NCBI GenBank assembly: GCA_035561135.1
Contig: DATMYA010000023.1
Coordinates: 75,886 to 139,885, forward strand
Direction: 5' to 3'
Source: Clostridia bacterium
GTDB taxonomy: Bacteria > Acidobacteriota > Terriglobia > Terriglobales > Acidobacteriaceae
Length of the DNA: 64,000 nucleotides
A model generated the notes under the pieces. It was not told the origin of the DNA. It worked only from the letters and a program-made list of their open reading frames with translations, and ran no database searches. This document shows, piece after piece, positions 36,415 to 44,089 of this stretch. A program made the position numbers and the translations under genes. How positions within the stretch are numbered: the stretch's first letter is position 1; each line of letters starts with the position of its first letter.

Positions 36415-39003
36415 ATGGCAGTCGCAGAGTACGAAGAGGTTCCATTGTCTAAAGGTCTAGTCATCGTCGAGTCGCCAGCAAAGGCCAAGACGATCCAGAA
36501 ATATCTCGGGAACGACTTTGAAGTCGAAGCTTCGCTCGGTCATATCAAAGACCTGCCGAAGAAGGGCCTCGGTGTCGATATCGAAAACGACTTCGAAACC
36601 GAGTACATCGTTATTCCCGGCAAAGAGAAGGTTGTTGCCCGGCTGAAGAAGCTAGCCAAAGGCGTCGACGCCATCTATCTCGCGCCTGATCCCGATCGAG
36701 AGGGCGAAGCTATTGCCGCTCATCTTTCGCAGGAACTCGGCGGCGACGGCAGCGGCACCAAGAAGAGGAAGAACGGCGACCAGGCAATCCACCGCGTCAC
36801 CTTCAACGAGATCACGAAGAAAGCCGTACAGGACGCGTTCCTGCATCCGCGTGAGATCGATTGGAATCTTGTGGATGCGCAACAGACGCGCCGCGTTCTC
36901 GACCGTATTGTCGGATTCCAGGTGTCGCCGCTGCTGTGGGACAAGGTGCGCCGCGGGCTTTCAGCCGGACGCGTACAGACTGTTGCTCTCCGCCTCATCG
37001 TCGAGCGCGAGCGTGAGATCAAGGCCTTCGATAAGAAGGAATACTGGACGATTGACGCGCACCTGACCACCGGCAAACCGCCTGCGTTCGATGCCCGATT
37101 CATCGGCATCGACAGCGAGAAGACGGAAGTCGCGAACCAGGAACAGGCCGACGCGATCGTCGCGGCGCTGCACGAAGCGCAGTGGGTTGTTCGCTCCGTA
37201 GACAAGCGCGAGCGACGTCGCAATCCGGTTCCGCCGTTTACGACCAGTAAGTTCCAGCAGGACGCCTCGCGCAAGCTCGGCATGTCGGTCAAGCGCGCCA
37301 TGATGGTTGCGCAGCGACTCTACGAAGGTGTCGAGCTCGGCGAAGAGGGTACCGTCGGCCTCATCACCTACATGCGTACCGACTCGCCTCGCGTCTCCAA
37401 CGACGCATTGGCCGAAGTACGCCAGCTCGTCGGCTCGCAGTTTGGCCGGGAGTTCCTGCCCGAACAGCCCAACGAGTACAAGTCGAAGAAGGGCGCGCAG
37501 GAAGCGCACGAAGCGATTCGTCCCACCTCCGTTTCACGACATCCGGACGATGTGAAAAAGTATCTGCACGAGGATGAGTACAAGGTTTACAAGCTCATCT
37601 GGCAGCGTTTTGTCGCATCACAGATGAACGCCGCGGTGTTCGATCAGACCACGGTGGAAATTGACGCCAACGCCAGCAACGGCCAAGTCTTCCAATATCG
37701 TGTCACGGGCTCCGTGCTCAAGTTCGAAGGCTTCCTCAAGGTTTACGAGGAATCCAAAGACACGAAGGACGACGAAGACGAGGCGCTGAAGAATAAGTTG
37801 CCGGCAATGGAGCAGGGCCAGAATCTCACCCTCAGGGAGCTTAAGCCGGAGCAGCACTTTACCGAACCTCCGCCTCGCTTCAATGAAGCTTCTCTCGTCA
37901 AGGAACTGGAAGAGCGCGGCATCGGACGCCCGTCAACGTACGCTGCCATTCTCACCACCATCCAGGAGCGCCAGTACGTGCAGAAGACGCCCGGAAGGGG
38001 CGGCAAGTTCTTCCCCACCGAGATCGGCATGGTCGTGACCGACCTGTTGGTCGAGAACCTGAAAGACATCTTCGACCCCACGTTCACGGCGCGCATGGAA
38101 GAAGAATTGGACGAGATTGAAGACGGCCAGAAGAAGTGGACCGAGGCTCTCAGCGAGTTCTATGGCAAGTTCGAGAAGGATCTCTCCTACGCTGAAAAGC
38201 ACATGGAGAACATCAAGCGCATGGAGAAGCCCACGGACGAGAAGTGCGAGCGTTGCGGCTCGCCGCTGGTTATAAAGTGGGGCAAACACGGATCCTTCTT
38301 TGCATGTAGCACCTATGACAAGAAGGACCCCAACTCCTGCACCTTCACGAAAGAGAACCCGATTGATCTTCCAGACCTCGACACGGCCGACGTGCAGGAG
38401 ACTTCGCAAGAGGAGTATTGCGAGAACTGCGGCCGCCCGATGGTTCTGAAGCGTGGACGCTTCGGGCAGTTCATGGCTTGCACCGGGTATCCCGAGTGCA
38501 AGACGACGCGCCGCCTCGATCAGGCGAAGAAAATTCCCGATGTTCCGCTCGATGAGAAATGTCCGCAGTGCGGCACGCGGAACCTGGTCGTGCGCCACGG
38601 GCGCTACGGCGAGTTCACGTCGTGCAGCGGTTATCCGGATTGCAAGTACGTGAAGCAGAATTTTATCGGCATGAAGTGTCCGAAGTGCAACGAAGGCGAG
38701 CTGGTCGAAAAGAAGGCGCGCACTCGCGGCAACATCTTCTACGGCTGCTCGAACTATCCGAACTGCGACTTCACTTCGGCCTACAAGCCGATTCCCGAGC
38801 CGTGTCCGCAGTGCGGCAGTCCGTACCTGCTGGAGAAGTATCTGAAGAGCGGCAACGTCATCGTTTGTCCCAACAACAGGAAGACGGCGGATGCGGACGA
38901 AAAGCCGAAGCGGCGCAGCAAGAAAGCCGCTGCCGAGGAAGCGCCAACCGTGAAGTGCGACTACTCGCGTCCCGCTCCCGAGAAACCTGAGCCGGTCGTA
39001 TAA
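36415..39003 (+). CDS. topA: DNA topoisomerase I with five C-terminal C4 zinc ribbons
   Basis: TOPRIM LVIVESPAKAKTIQKYLG. DPDREGEAIA. Active-site region GLITYMRTDS. Five CxxC...CxxC zinc-ribbon repeats lie in the last ~250 aa. Confidence 0.95.
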   Translation: MAVAEYEEVPLSKGLVIVESPAKAKTIQKYLGNDFEVEASLGHIKDLPKKGLGVDIENDFETEYIVIPGKEKVVARLKKLAKGVDAIYLAPDPDREGEAIAAHLSQELGGDGSGTKKRKNGDQAIHRVTFNEITKKAVQDAFLHPREIDWNLVDAQQTRRVLDRIVGFQVSPLLWDKVRRGLSAGRVQTVALRLIVEREREIKAFDKKEYWTIDAHLTTGKPPAFDARFIGIDSEKTEVANQEQADAIVAALHEAQWVVRSVDKRERRRNPVPPFTTSKFQQDASRKLGMSVKRAMMVAQRLYEGVELGEEGTVGLITYMRTDSPRVSNDALAEVRQLVGSQFGREFLPEQPNEYKSKKGAQEAHEAIRPTSVSRHPDDVKKYLHEDEYKVYKLIWQRFVASQMNAAVFDQTTVEIDANASNGQVFQYRVTGSVLKFEGFLKVYEESKDTKDDEDEALKNKLPAMEQGQNLTLRELKPEQHFTEPPPRFNEASLVKELEERGIGRPSTYAAILTTIQERQYVQKTPGRGGKFFPTEIGMVVTDLLVENLKDIFDPTFTARMEEELDEIEDGQKKWTEALSEFYGKFEKDLSYAEKHMENIKRMEKPTDEKCERCGSPLVIKWGKHGSFFACSTYDKKDPNSCTFTKENPIDLPDLDTADVQETSQEEYCENCGRPMVLKRGRFGQFMACTGYPECKTTRRLDQAKKIPDVPLDEKCPQCGTRNLVVRHGRYGEFTSCSGYPDCKYVKQNFIGMKCPKCNEGELVEKKARTRGNIFYGCSNYPNCDFTSAYKPIPEPCPQCGSPYLLEKYLKSGNVIVCPNNRKTADADEKPKRRSKKAAAEEAPTVKCDYSRPAPEKPEPVV

Positions 39004-39023
39004 ACGAGCTCAATCCTTGCCCA

Positions 39024-39057
39024 AAAAGCCTCTGGGTACCCCGGAGGCTTTTGCTTT
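39024..39057 (+). terminator. intrinsic terminator after topA
   Basis: AAAAGCCTCTGG-gtacc-CCGGAGGCTTTT followed by GCTTTG. Confidence 0.8.
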
Positions 39058-39295
39058 GTATGTTACTTTCACGTTTATTTTTAATTGATTGATGACAAAT
39101 AATTTACCAATCACCTAACCCACTCTTGCCCGAGGCGCTTTCGGCAGACGCCAGCCCGCGTGGTCTGCGAATCGCGCAGATTCTGTTTTCCGAGTGAGAA
39201 ACATCTACCTACCCTGACCACTCCGCTCCCACGGATTGCATCCACACAATCCAGCAGCACTGAATGCTGCACCTTCTGTTGGAGGCTGCCCGCCC

Positions 39296-40546
39296 ATGAA
39301 CGCAGTTGTCATACCCATCTCTGCTCCGCAACGACTTGAAGATCTAGGTGTGCGACGGAGCATTCTGGAAGAACTGGCCCTGAAGATCATCTATCTCGCC
39401 GGCGAGATATCAATGGTCGATCTCGCGGACCTCATGCGTCTGAGCACTGTGGCGGCCGAGCAGCTATTCATTCGCCTCCGCAAAGAGCACCTGGTGGAAG
39501 TGACCGGCATGTTGGCCGGCGTGCAACACCGCTTCGTCACGACCTCCGGCGGCAAGACCCGGGCGCAGGAACTGTTGCGCTTGAGCCAGTACGCCGGACC
39601 CGCGCCGGTATCGCTCGCCGACTACAGCGCCCGTGTGCAGGCGCAAACGATTCGCGAAATGGACATAACGCCTGAGGACGTGCATCGCGCGTTTTCCGAT
39701 CTCGTATTGGAGAAGCACGTCCTCAAGCAGCTCGGTACAGCAGCGGTTTCGGGACGGACGGTCTTCCTTTACGGCCCCACGGGAACGGGCAAGACCAGTG
39801 TTGCGGAGAGCTTCGCACGTCTTTTCGAATCCAATCGCATCCTCGTCCCCCACGCGATCGAAGTTGACGGCCAGATCATCACCGTCTTTGATCCCGTACT
39901 GCACAAACCAATACCAGAGGTCGACAAGCACACGACCGACCGGCGATGGGTTTGCTGCGAGCGTCCGAAGATGACGGTCGGCGGCGAATTGACGCTGGAG
40001 ATGCTCGACCTTCAGTACCATGACACGCTCAAGTACTACACTGCCCCGGTGCAGATGAAGGCAAACAACGGCCTGCTGGTCATCGACGATTTCGGCCGCC
40101 AACGCATGCAACCATCTCAACTGCTCAACCGGTGGGTCGTACCGCTGGAGCGTCGCGTGGATTACCTCACACTCGCGGGCGGCAGCAAGATCGACATACC
40201 TTTCGATGTATTCGTAATCCTTGCCACCAACATCAATCCGGCGGAACTTATGGATGACGCCTTCCTGCGCCGCATACAGACGAAGATCAAGCTGGATTGT
40301 GTCAGCCGCGAGCAGTTCGCGGAGATATTCCGCCGCGTATGCGAGAGCGCTGACATGCAGCCCGACGCAAGCGTCATCGAAGGCGCAGCTTCTGAGATCA
40401 CGCAGAAATATCAGCAGCCGCTGCGTCCCTGCCACCCTCGCGACATCGTGCAGCAGATATGCTGGGAAGCGAAGTACGAAGGTCGCCAGGCGCGGCTCGA
40501 CATCGAAGCTGTCCAGCAGGCCTGCAAAAACTATTTTGTCGGCTAG
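39296..40546 (+). CDS. AAA+ ATPase with a ~170-aa N-terminal, possibly winged-helix, region; subfamily not recognised
   Basis: Walker A is LYGPTGTGKTS and Walker B is LLVIDDFGRQ. Further motifs are ILATNINP and DDAFLRRI. The ATG at 39296 lies about 10 nt after GGAGG. The track start at 39236 adds 20 residues. Confidence 0.75.
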   Translation: MNAVVIPISAPQRLEDLGVRRSILEELALKIIYLAGEISMVDLADLMRLSTVAAEQLFIRLRKEHLVEVTGMLAGVQHRFVTTSGGKTRAQELLRLSQYAGPAPVSLADYSARVQAQTIREMDITPEDVHRAFSDLVLEKHVLKQLGTAAVSGRTVFLYGPTGTGKTSVAESFARLFESNRILVPHAIEVDGQIITVFDPVLHKPIPEVDKHTTDRRWVCCERPKMTVGGELTLEMLDLQYHDTLKYYTAPVQMKANNGLLVIDDFGRQRMQPSQLLNRWVVPLERRVDYLTLAGGSKIDIPFDVFVILATNINPAELMDDAFLRRIQTKIKLDCVSREQFAEIFRRVCESADMQPDASVIEGAASEITQKYQQPLRPCHPRDIVQQICWEAKYEGRQARLDIEAVQQACKNYFVG

Positions 40547-40670
40547 GCATCGCAGGCAGCGAACGAAGTTCTCTGCGCGATGCGTTAAAAGAGGTCCGCA
40601 AATACCAAAAGAATTGCGCGGGGAGTCATCCCTCCGCAGTTTCGCCGACAAAGTCATTCGAAAAGTGTGT

Positions 40671-40766
40671 GTCACCCTGAGGTCGCGCTGCGTTTTTCGC
40701 GGCCGAAGGATCTGCTTGTTCCTACCAGCAGCACAACAGCGGATCCTTCGCTTCGCTCAGGATCAC
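40671..40766. repeat. MITE/REP-like palindromic element, copy 2 (inverted relative to copy 1)
   Basis: GTCACCCTGAGGTCGCGCTGCGTTTTTCGCGGCCGAAGGATCTGCTTG ... CAGCGGATCCTTCGCTTCGCTCAGGATCAC. It aligns along its length with the reverse complement of 19382-19468. Confidence 0.6.
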
Positions 40767-40909
40767 TCGTAGGTCAAGGATGACTCTGGTTTCCGCGTGC
40801 ACCGTCAGCCAACGGTCTGCAATTTGTTGTTACGCGAGACTGTTCTGCCCACAGCCCGCGACTCTCGATCCATGACTCACTGCTGACCACCGGCAACTGG
40901 CGTCTGCTC

Positions 40910-41752
40910 CTAAGACAGGTATTCGCGAATGTACTCGTCTTGCGAGTGCACGATATCGGCGGCGGTTCCTTCGAATACTTTCTTTCCGTCGCGTAGGACC
41001 ATGAAGTTGGTGTGCAGGTTTCGCGCCGAGTTTTCCGGGATCGGTTCCATGCTATTGGTCGCGGGATTGAACACGTGTGTAGCCATGGTGAACGCGTCCT
41101 GCAAGCGATGCGTCACGAGCAACGCGCTCGTTTTGTAAACGTCTCGCTGCTTGATCAGCAACTCCACGATCGTCGTCGAAGTCACCGGGTCCAGGCCGGC
41201 CGTCGGCGAGTCATATAGCAGCACTTCCGGCTGCGTGATGATGGCGCGAGCGATAGCCACGCGGCGTCGCATACCACCGGAAAGCTCGCTCGGGAACATG
41301 TCCACCGTGTGCTCCAATTCGACGAACCTCAGCACCTCTAATACGCGCGCCTGCACTTCTTCATAAGGAACATGCTCTTCAAGCAGGCGGTAACCAACGT
41401 TCTGCTCCACCGTCAAGGAATCGAAAAGCGCGCTCTCCTGGAACACCATGCCTATCTTTCGCCGAAGCTCGAAAAGCTCCTCTTCCTTCATGCTCGTCAC
41501 TTCATAGCCGAGTACAAAAATGCGACCGCTGTCAGGCCGCACCAGCCCGAGCGCCAGCTTTAAGATCAGCGTCTTGCCGGAACCTGCCACTCCCAGCAGT
41601 ACCTTGGTCTCGCCTCGCGCCAGGGTGAACGACAGGCAATCGAGCACCTGGCGATCTTCGAAGGCGATGGAAACGTCTTCGAACACAATGGTTTTGTGGC
41701 TATCACTTGTTAGGCTAACCGGTGGTGCGGATGTGAAAATTTCGGTCGCCAT
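40910..41752 (-). CDS. mlaF: ABC transporter ATP-binding protein, MlaF-like
   Basis: Walker A is GVAGSGKT, the signature is LSGGMRRRVAIARA and Walker B is LLYDSPTAGLD. It lies immediately downstream of an MlaE-type permease. Confidence 0.85.
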   Translation of the reverse strand: MATEIFTSAPPVSLTSDSHKTIVFEDVSIAFEDRQVLDCLSFTLARGETKVLLGVAGSGKTLILKLALGLVRPDSGRIFVLGYEVTSMKEEELFELRRKIGMVFQESALFDSLTVEQNVGYRLLEEHVPYEEVQARVLEVLRFVELEHTVDMFPSELSGGMRRRVAIARAIITQPEVLLYDSPTAGLDPVTSTTIVELLIKQRDVYKTSALLVTHRLQDAFTMATHVFNPATNSMEPIPENSARNLHTNFMVLRDGKKVFEGTAADIVHSQDEYIREYLS

Positions 41753-41753
41753 A

Positions 41754-42536
41754 TCAGCGCAATGGGAAGATCGCCATCAGGAAGCGCGTCACGAAGAAGT
41801 CTACTGTCAGGATAAGCACGCTCGCGGCAACCACCGCTTGGGTCGTCGCGCGGCCTACACCCTGAGTACCGCCCTTGGCGGTTAGCCCGTAGAAGCAGCC
41901 GATGGTCGCAATGATGAAGCCGAATATCACGGGTTTCACAAGTCCCATCACTACATCTTCGAACGTTAACGACCGCCACGCTATCGTCCAGTATTGATTG
42001 AAATCGAGGCGCAGCAGCACCGTTGCAATCATCGAACCACCGGCCAGTCCGACCAGGTCGGAGATGATGCTTAAGAAGAAAAGCATTACGACCGTTGAGA
42101 TCACGCGCGGCGTGACCAGTTTCTTTGTCGGGTCGGTACCGAGCGCGCGCATCGCATCGATCTGCTCGGTCACCTTCATCGAACCCAACTCTGAAGCCAT
42201 GCCGCTCGAGTTGCGCCCGGCAACCATCAGTCCCGTCAGCACCGGACCCAACTCGCGCACCATCGAAAGCGAAACCAGTTGGCCAGTGAACGAGAGTGCT
42301 CCGAAATACGCCAACGAATTTGCCGATTGCAACGCTAGCACCGCGCCGGTGAAAAAACCGGTCAGGATGACGATCGGCAGAGAGCCTACGCCGATGAGAT
42401 CGGCCTGCTGTAGCGTGTCTCCCACGTAGCGCGGATGACCGAAAATATTACTGAGCGACCGCCATGCCAGGATTGCGTACTCCTGTATGGCCATCACCTT
42501 CTCTTTAGCAAAATTAGTTGGCGAGAAAAGGTCCAT
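41754..42536 (-). CDS. mlaE: MlaE-family ABC transporter permease
   Basis: 260 aa and polytopic. MlaE-like segments are GVGSLPIVILTGFFTGAVLALQ, ELGPVLTGLMVAGRNSSGMASELGSMKVTEQIDAM and GGTQGVGRATTQAVV. Confidence 0.85.
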   Translation of the reverse strand: MDLFSPTNFAKEKVMAIQEYAILAWRSLSNIFGHPRYVGDTLQQADLIGVGSLPIVILTGFFTGAVLALQSANSLAYFGALSFTGQLVSLSMVRELGPVLTGLMVAGRNSSGMASELGSMKVTEQIDAMRALGTDPTKKLVTPRVISTVVMLFFLSIISDLVGLAGGSMIATVLLRLDFNQYWTIAWRSLTFEDVVMGLVKPVIFGFIIATIGCFYGLTAKGGTQGVGRATTQAVVAASVLILTVDFFVTRFLMAIFPLR

Positions 42537-42652
42537 GCTTTGCGACGAGTGCCTCTGGAGACGAGTGCGAGTGCCAACGAACTATATCAAACGCGGGCAG
42601 TGAGCGACCAGCGACACTTCCGGCGGACCTGAAGGCAAAAACCGCGCTGAAA

Positions 42653-44089
42653 TCACTCCCGCGCAGCCTTCTTCTTTACTTCGATGCTAAGGCGTTTGAT
42701 CTTCTGGTTCAGCGTCGATAGCGGTATACGGAAGCGCTCCGCTGCCTCTGTCTGGTTCCAGTTACACTTTTCCAGCATGTCGCTAATAATGCGGCGCTCG
42801 CAATCCTCGAGGATGTCGAAGAGGGAAGCGTCCATCGCCATGCCGAGCATAGGGAAGGTCGCGCTGCGGCCCGTGACATTGTCCGGCAGCAGGTCGGGCG
42901 TGATCGTCTGGCCGGAGGACAGAACGACGGCGCGCTCAATCACATTCTCCAGTTCGCGCACGTTGCCCGGCCAGTTGTAGTCCATGAGCGGTCGCAGAGC
43001 TTCCGGACTAAAGCCGCTCACAGCCCTGTCATTCTCCTTCGAAAACTTCTGCAGGAAAAACTCCGCCAATAGCGGAATGTCTTCCTTGCGGCTGCGCAGA
43101 GGCGGCAGGTCGATACTTATTACGTTCAGGCGATAGAAAAGGTCCTCGCGGAACTTCCCTTCCTTTACGGATTGCCGCAGATCAACGTTTGTCGCCGCGA
43201 TGATCCGGACATCTACTTGCATTTCCTGCACGCCGCCCAGATGCATGAATTTGCGGTCTTGCAGCACGCGCAGTATCTTTGCCTGAGTCTCCATCGACAT
43301 CGTGCCTATCTCGTCGAGGAACAGAGTGCCCTTGTCGGCCATTTCGAAAAGGCCCTTTTTGCTGGCGATGGCGGAAGTGAACGCGCCTTTCACGTGGCCG
43401 AAGAGCGTTGATTCCAGCAGGTCAGTCGGCATCGATCCGGTGTTCACGGGTATAAACGGCCTGTCCTTGCGCGGCGAGTTCATGTGCAGCGCCTTAGCAA
43501 TCAGCTCCTTGCCCGTGCCGCTCTCGCCCTGAAGAAGAATCGTGGAACGCGATGGGGCCACCTGCTGCACCAGGTCGAAGATGCGAAGCATGGCCTCGCC
43601 CTTACCCACGATGTTCGTGAAGTTGTAGCGTTGCTTAAGCGCGCGCTTCAGCTGAATGTTTTCTTCTTCAGCCCGGCGGCGGCCGACAGCGCCGCGCACG
43701 TCCGCCAGCAGTTTCTCGTTATCCCACGGCTTCTGGATGAAGTTGGTTGCGCCCGCCTGCATTGCGTTCACGGCGTTCTCCACCGTGCCGTAAGCGGTGA
43801 TCATGATGACCGAGAGCTGCGAATCTCGCTCGCGAATGTCCTTCAGGATTTCCAGCCCATTGTGATCGGGCAGCGCAAAATCCAGCAGCACCAGGTCGAA
43901 CGGGCGAGTCGCTATCTGGTTCAGACCGTCTTCGCCATCCACCGCGGTCTGAACCGTGTAGCCTTCCAACTCCAGTAATGTCTGGAGCGATTCCCTGATC
44001 GACTCTTCATCGTCGATGATGAGGATAGAGCCCGCGCTTTCGAATTCCGGCGTTCCTGCAACGCGCCGAGCTACCGCGACTTCAAACAT
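42653..44089 (-). CDS. sigma-54-dependent response regulator (NtrC family: REC + AAA+ + Fis-type HTH)
   Basis: The REC domain has ILIIDDEES...DLVLLDFALPD. The AAA+ domain has GESGTGKE, GAFTSA (GAFTGA variant) and ESTLFGHVKGAF. The C-terminal HTH is NWNQTEAAERFRIPLSTLNQKIKRL. Confidence 0.9.
   Translation of the reverse strand: MFEVAVARRVAGTPEFESAGSILIIDDEESIRESLQTLLELEGYTVQTAVDGEDGLNQIATRPFDLVLLDFALPDHNGLEILKDIRERDSQLSVIMITAYGTVENAVNAMQAGATNFIQKPWDNEKLLADVRGAVGRRRAEEENIQLKRALKQRYNFTNIVGKGEAMLRIFDLVQQVAPSRSTILLQGESGTGKELIAKALHMNSPRKDRPFIPVNTGSMPTDLLESTLFGHVKGAFTSAIASKKGLFEMADKGTLFLDEIGTMSMETQAKILRVLQDRKFMHLGGVQEMQVDVRIIAATNVDLRQSVKEGKFREDLFYRLNVISIDLPPLRSRKEDIPLLAEFFLQKFSKENDRAVSGFSPEALRPLMDYNWPGNVRELENVIERAVVLSSGQTITPDLLPDNVTGRSATFPMLGMAMDASLFDILEDCERRIISDMLEKCNWNQTEAAERFRIPLSTLNQKIKRLSIEVKKKAARE

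Noticed and set aside
39086-39113. The inverted repeat TGATTG-N16-CAATCA in the AT-rich region upstream of the AAA+ ATPase gene.
   Set aside because: The arms are only 6 bp in AT-rich DNA, which is compatible with chance. It is mentioned only as context.
39464-40675. Very long antisense ORFs opposite well-supported genes. Examples are 39464-40675 opposite the AAA+ ATPase, 22264-23505 opposite the M49-like peptidase, 57034-57921 opposite gph, 35067-36053 opposite dprA, 44277-45275 opposite the kinase, 11447-12418 opposite the YyaL-like gene and 20872-21663 opposite the HAD gene.
   Set aside because: Their translations are Arg/His/Gly-rich and low in recognisable motifs, while the opposite strand carries unambiguous family signatures. 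Such shadow ORFs are expected in GC-rich DNA.
42561-42577. A near match to a sigma-54 promoter on the minus strand between the NtrC-type regulator and mlaE (TTGGCAC-TCGCA-CTCGT).
   Set aside because: The -24 TGGCAC is good, but the -12 element lacks the essential GC (CTCGT instead of TTGCW). I cannot call it a promoter from sequence alone.
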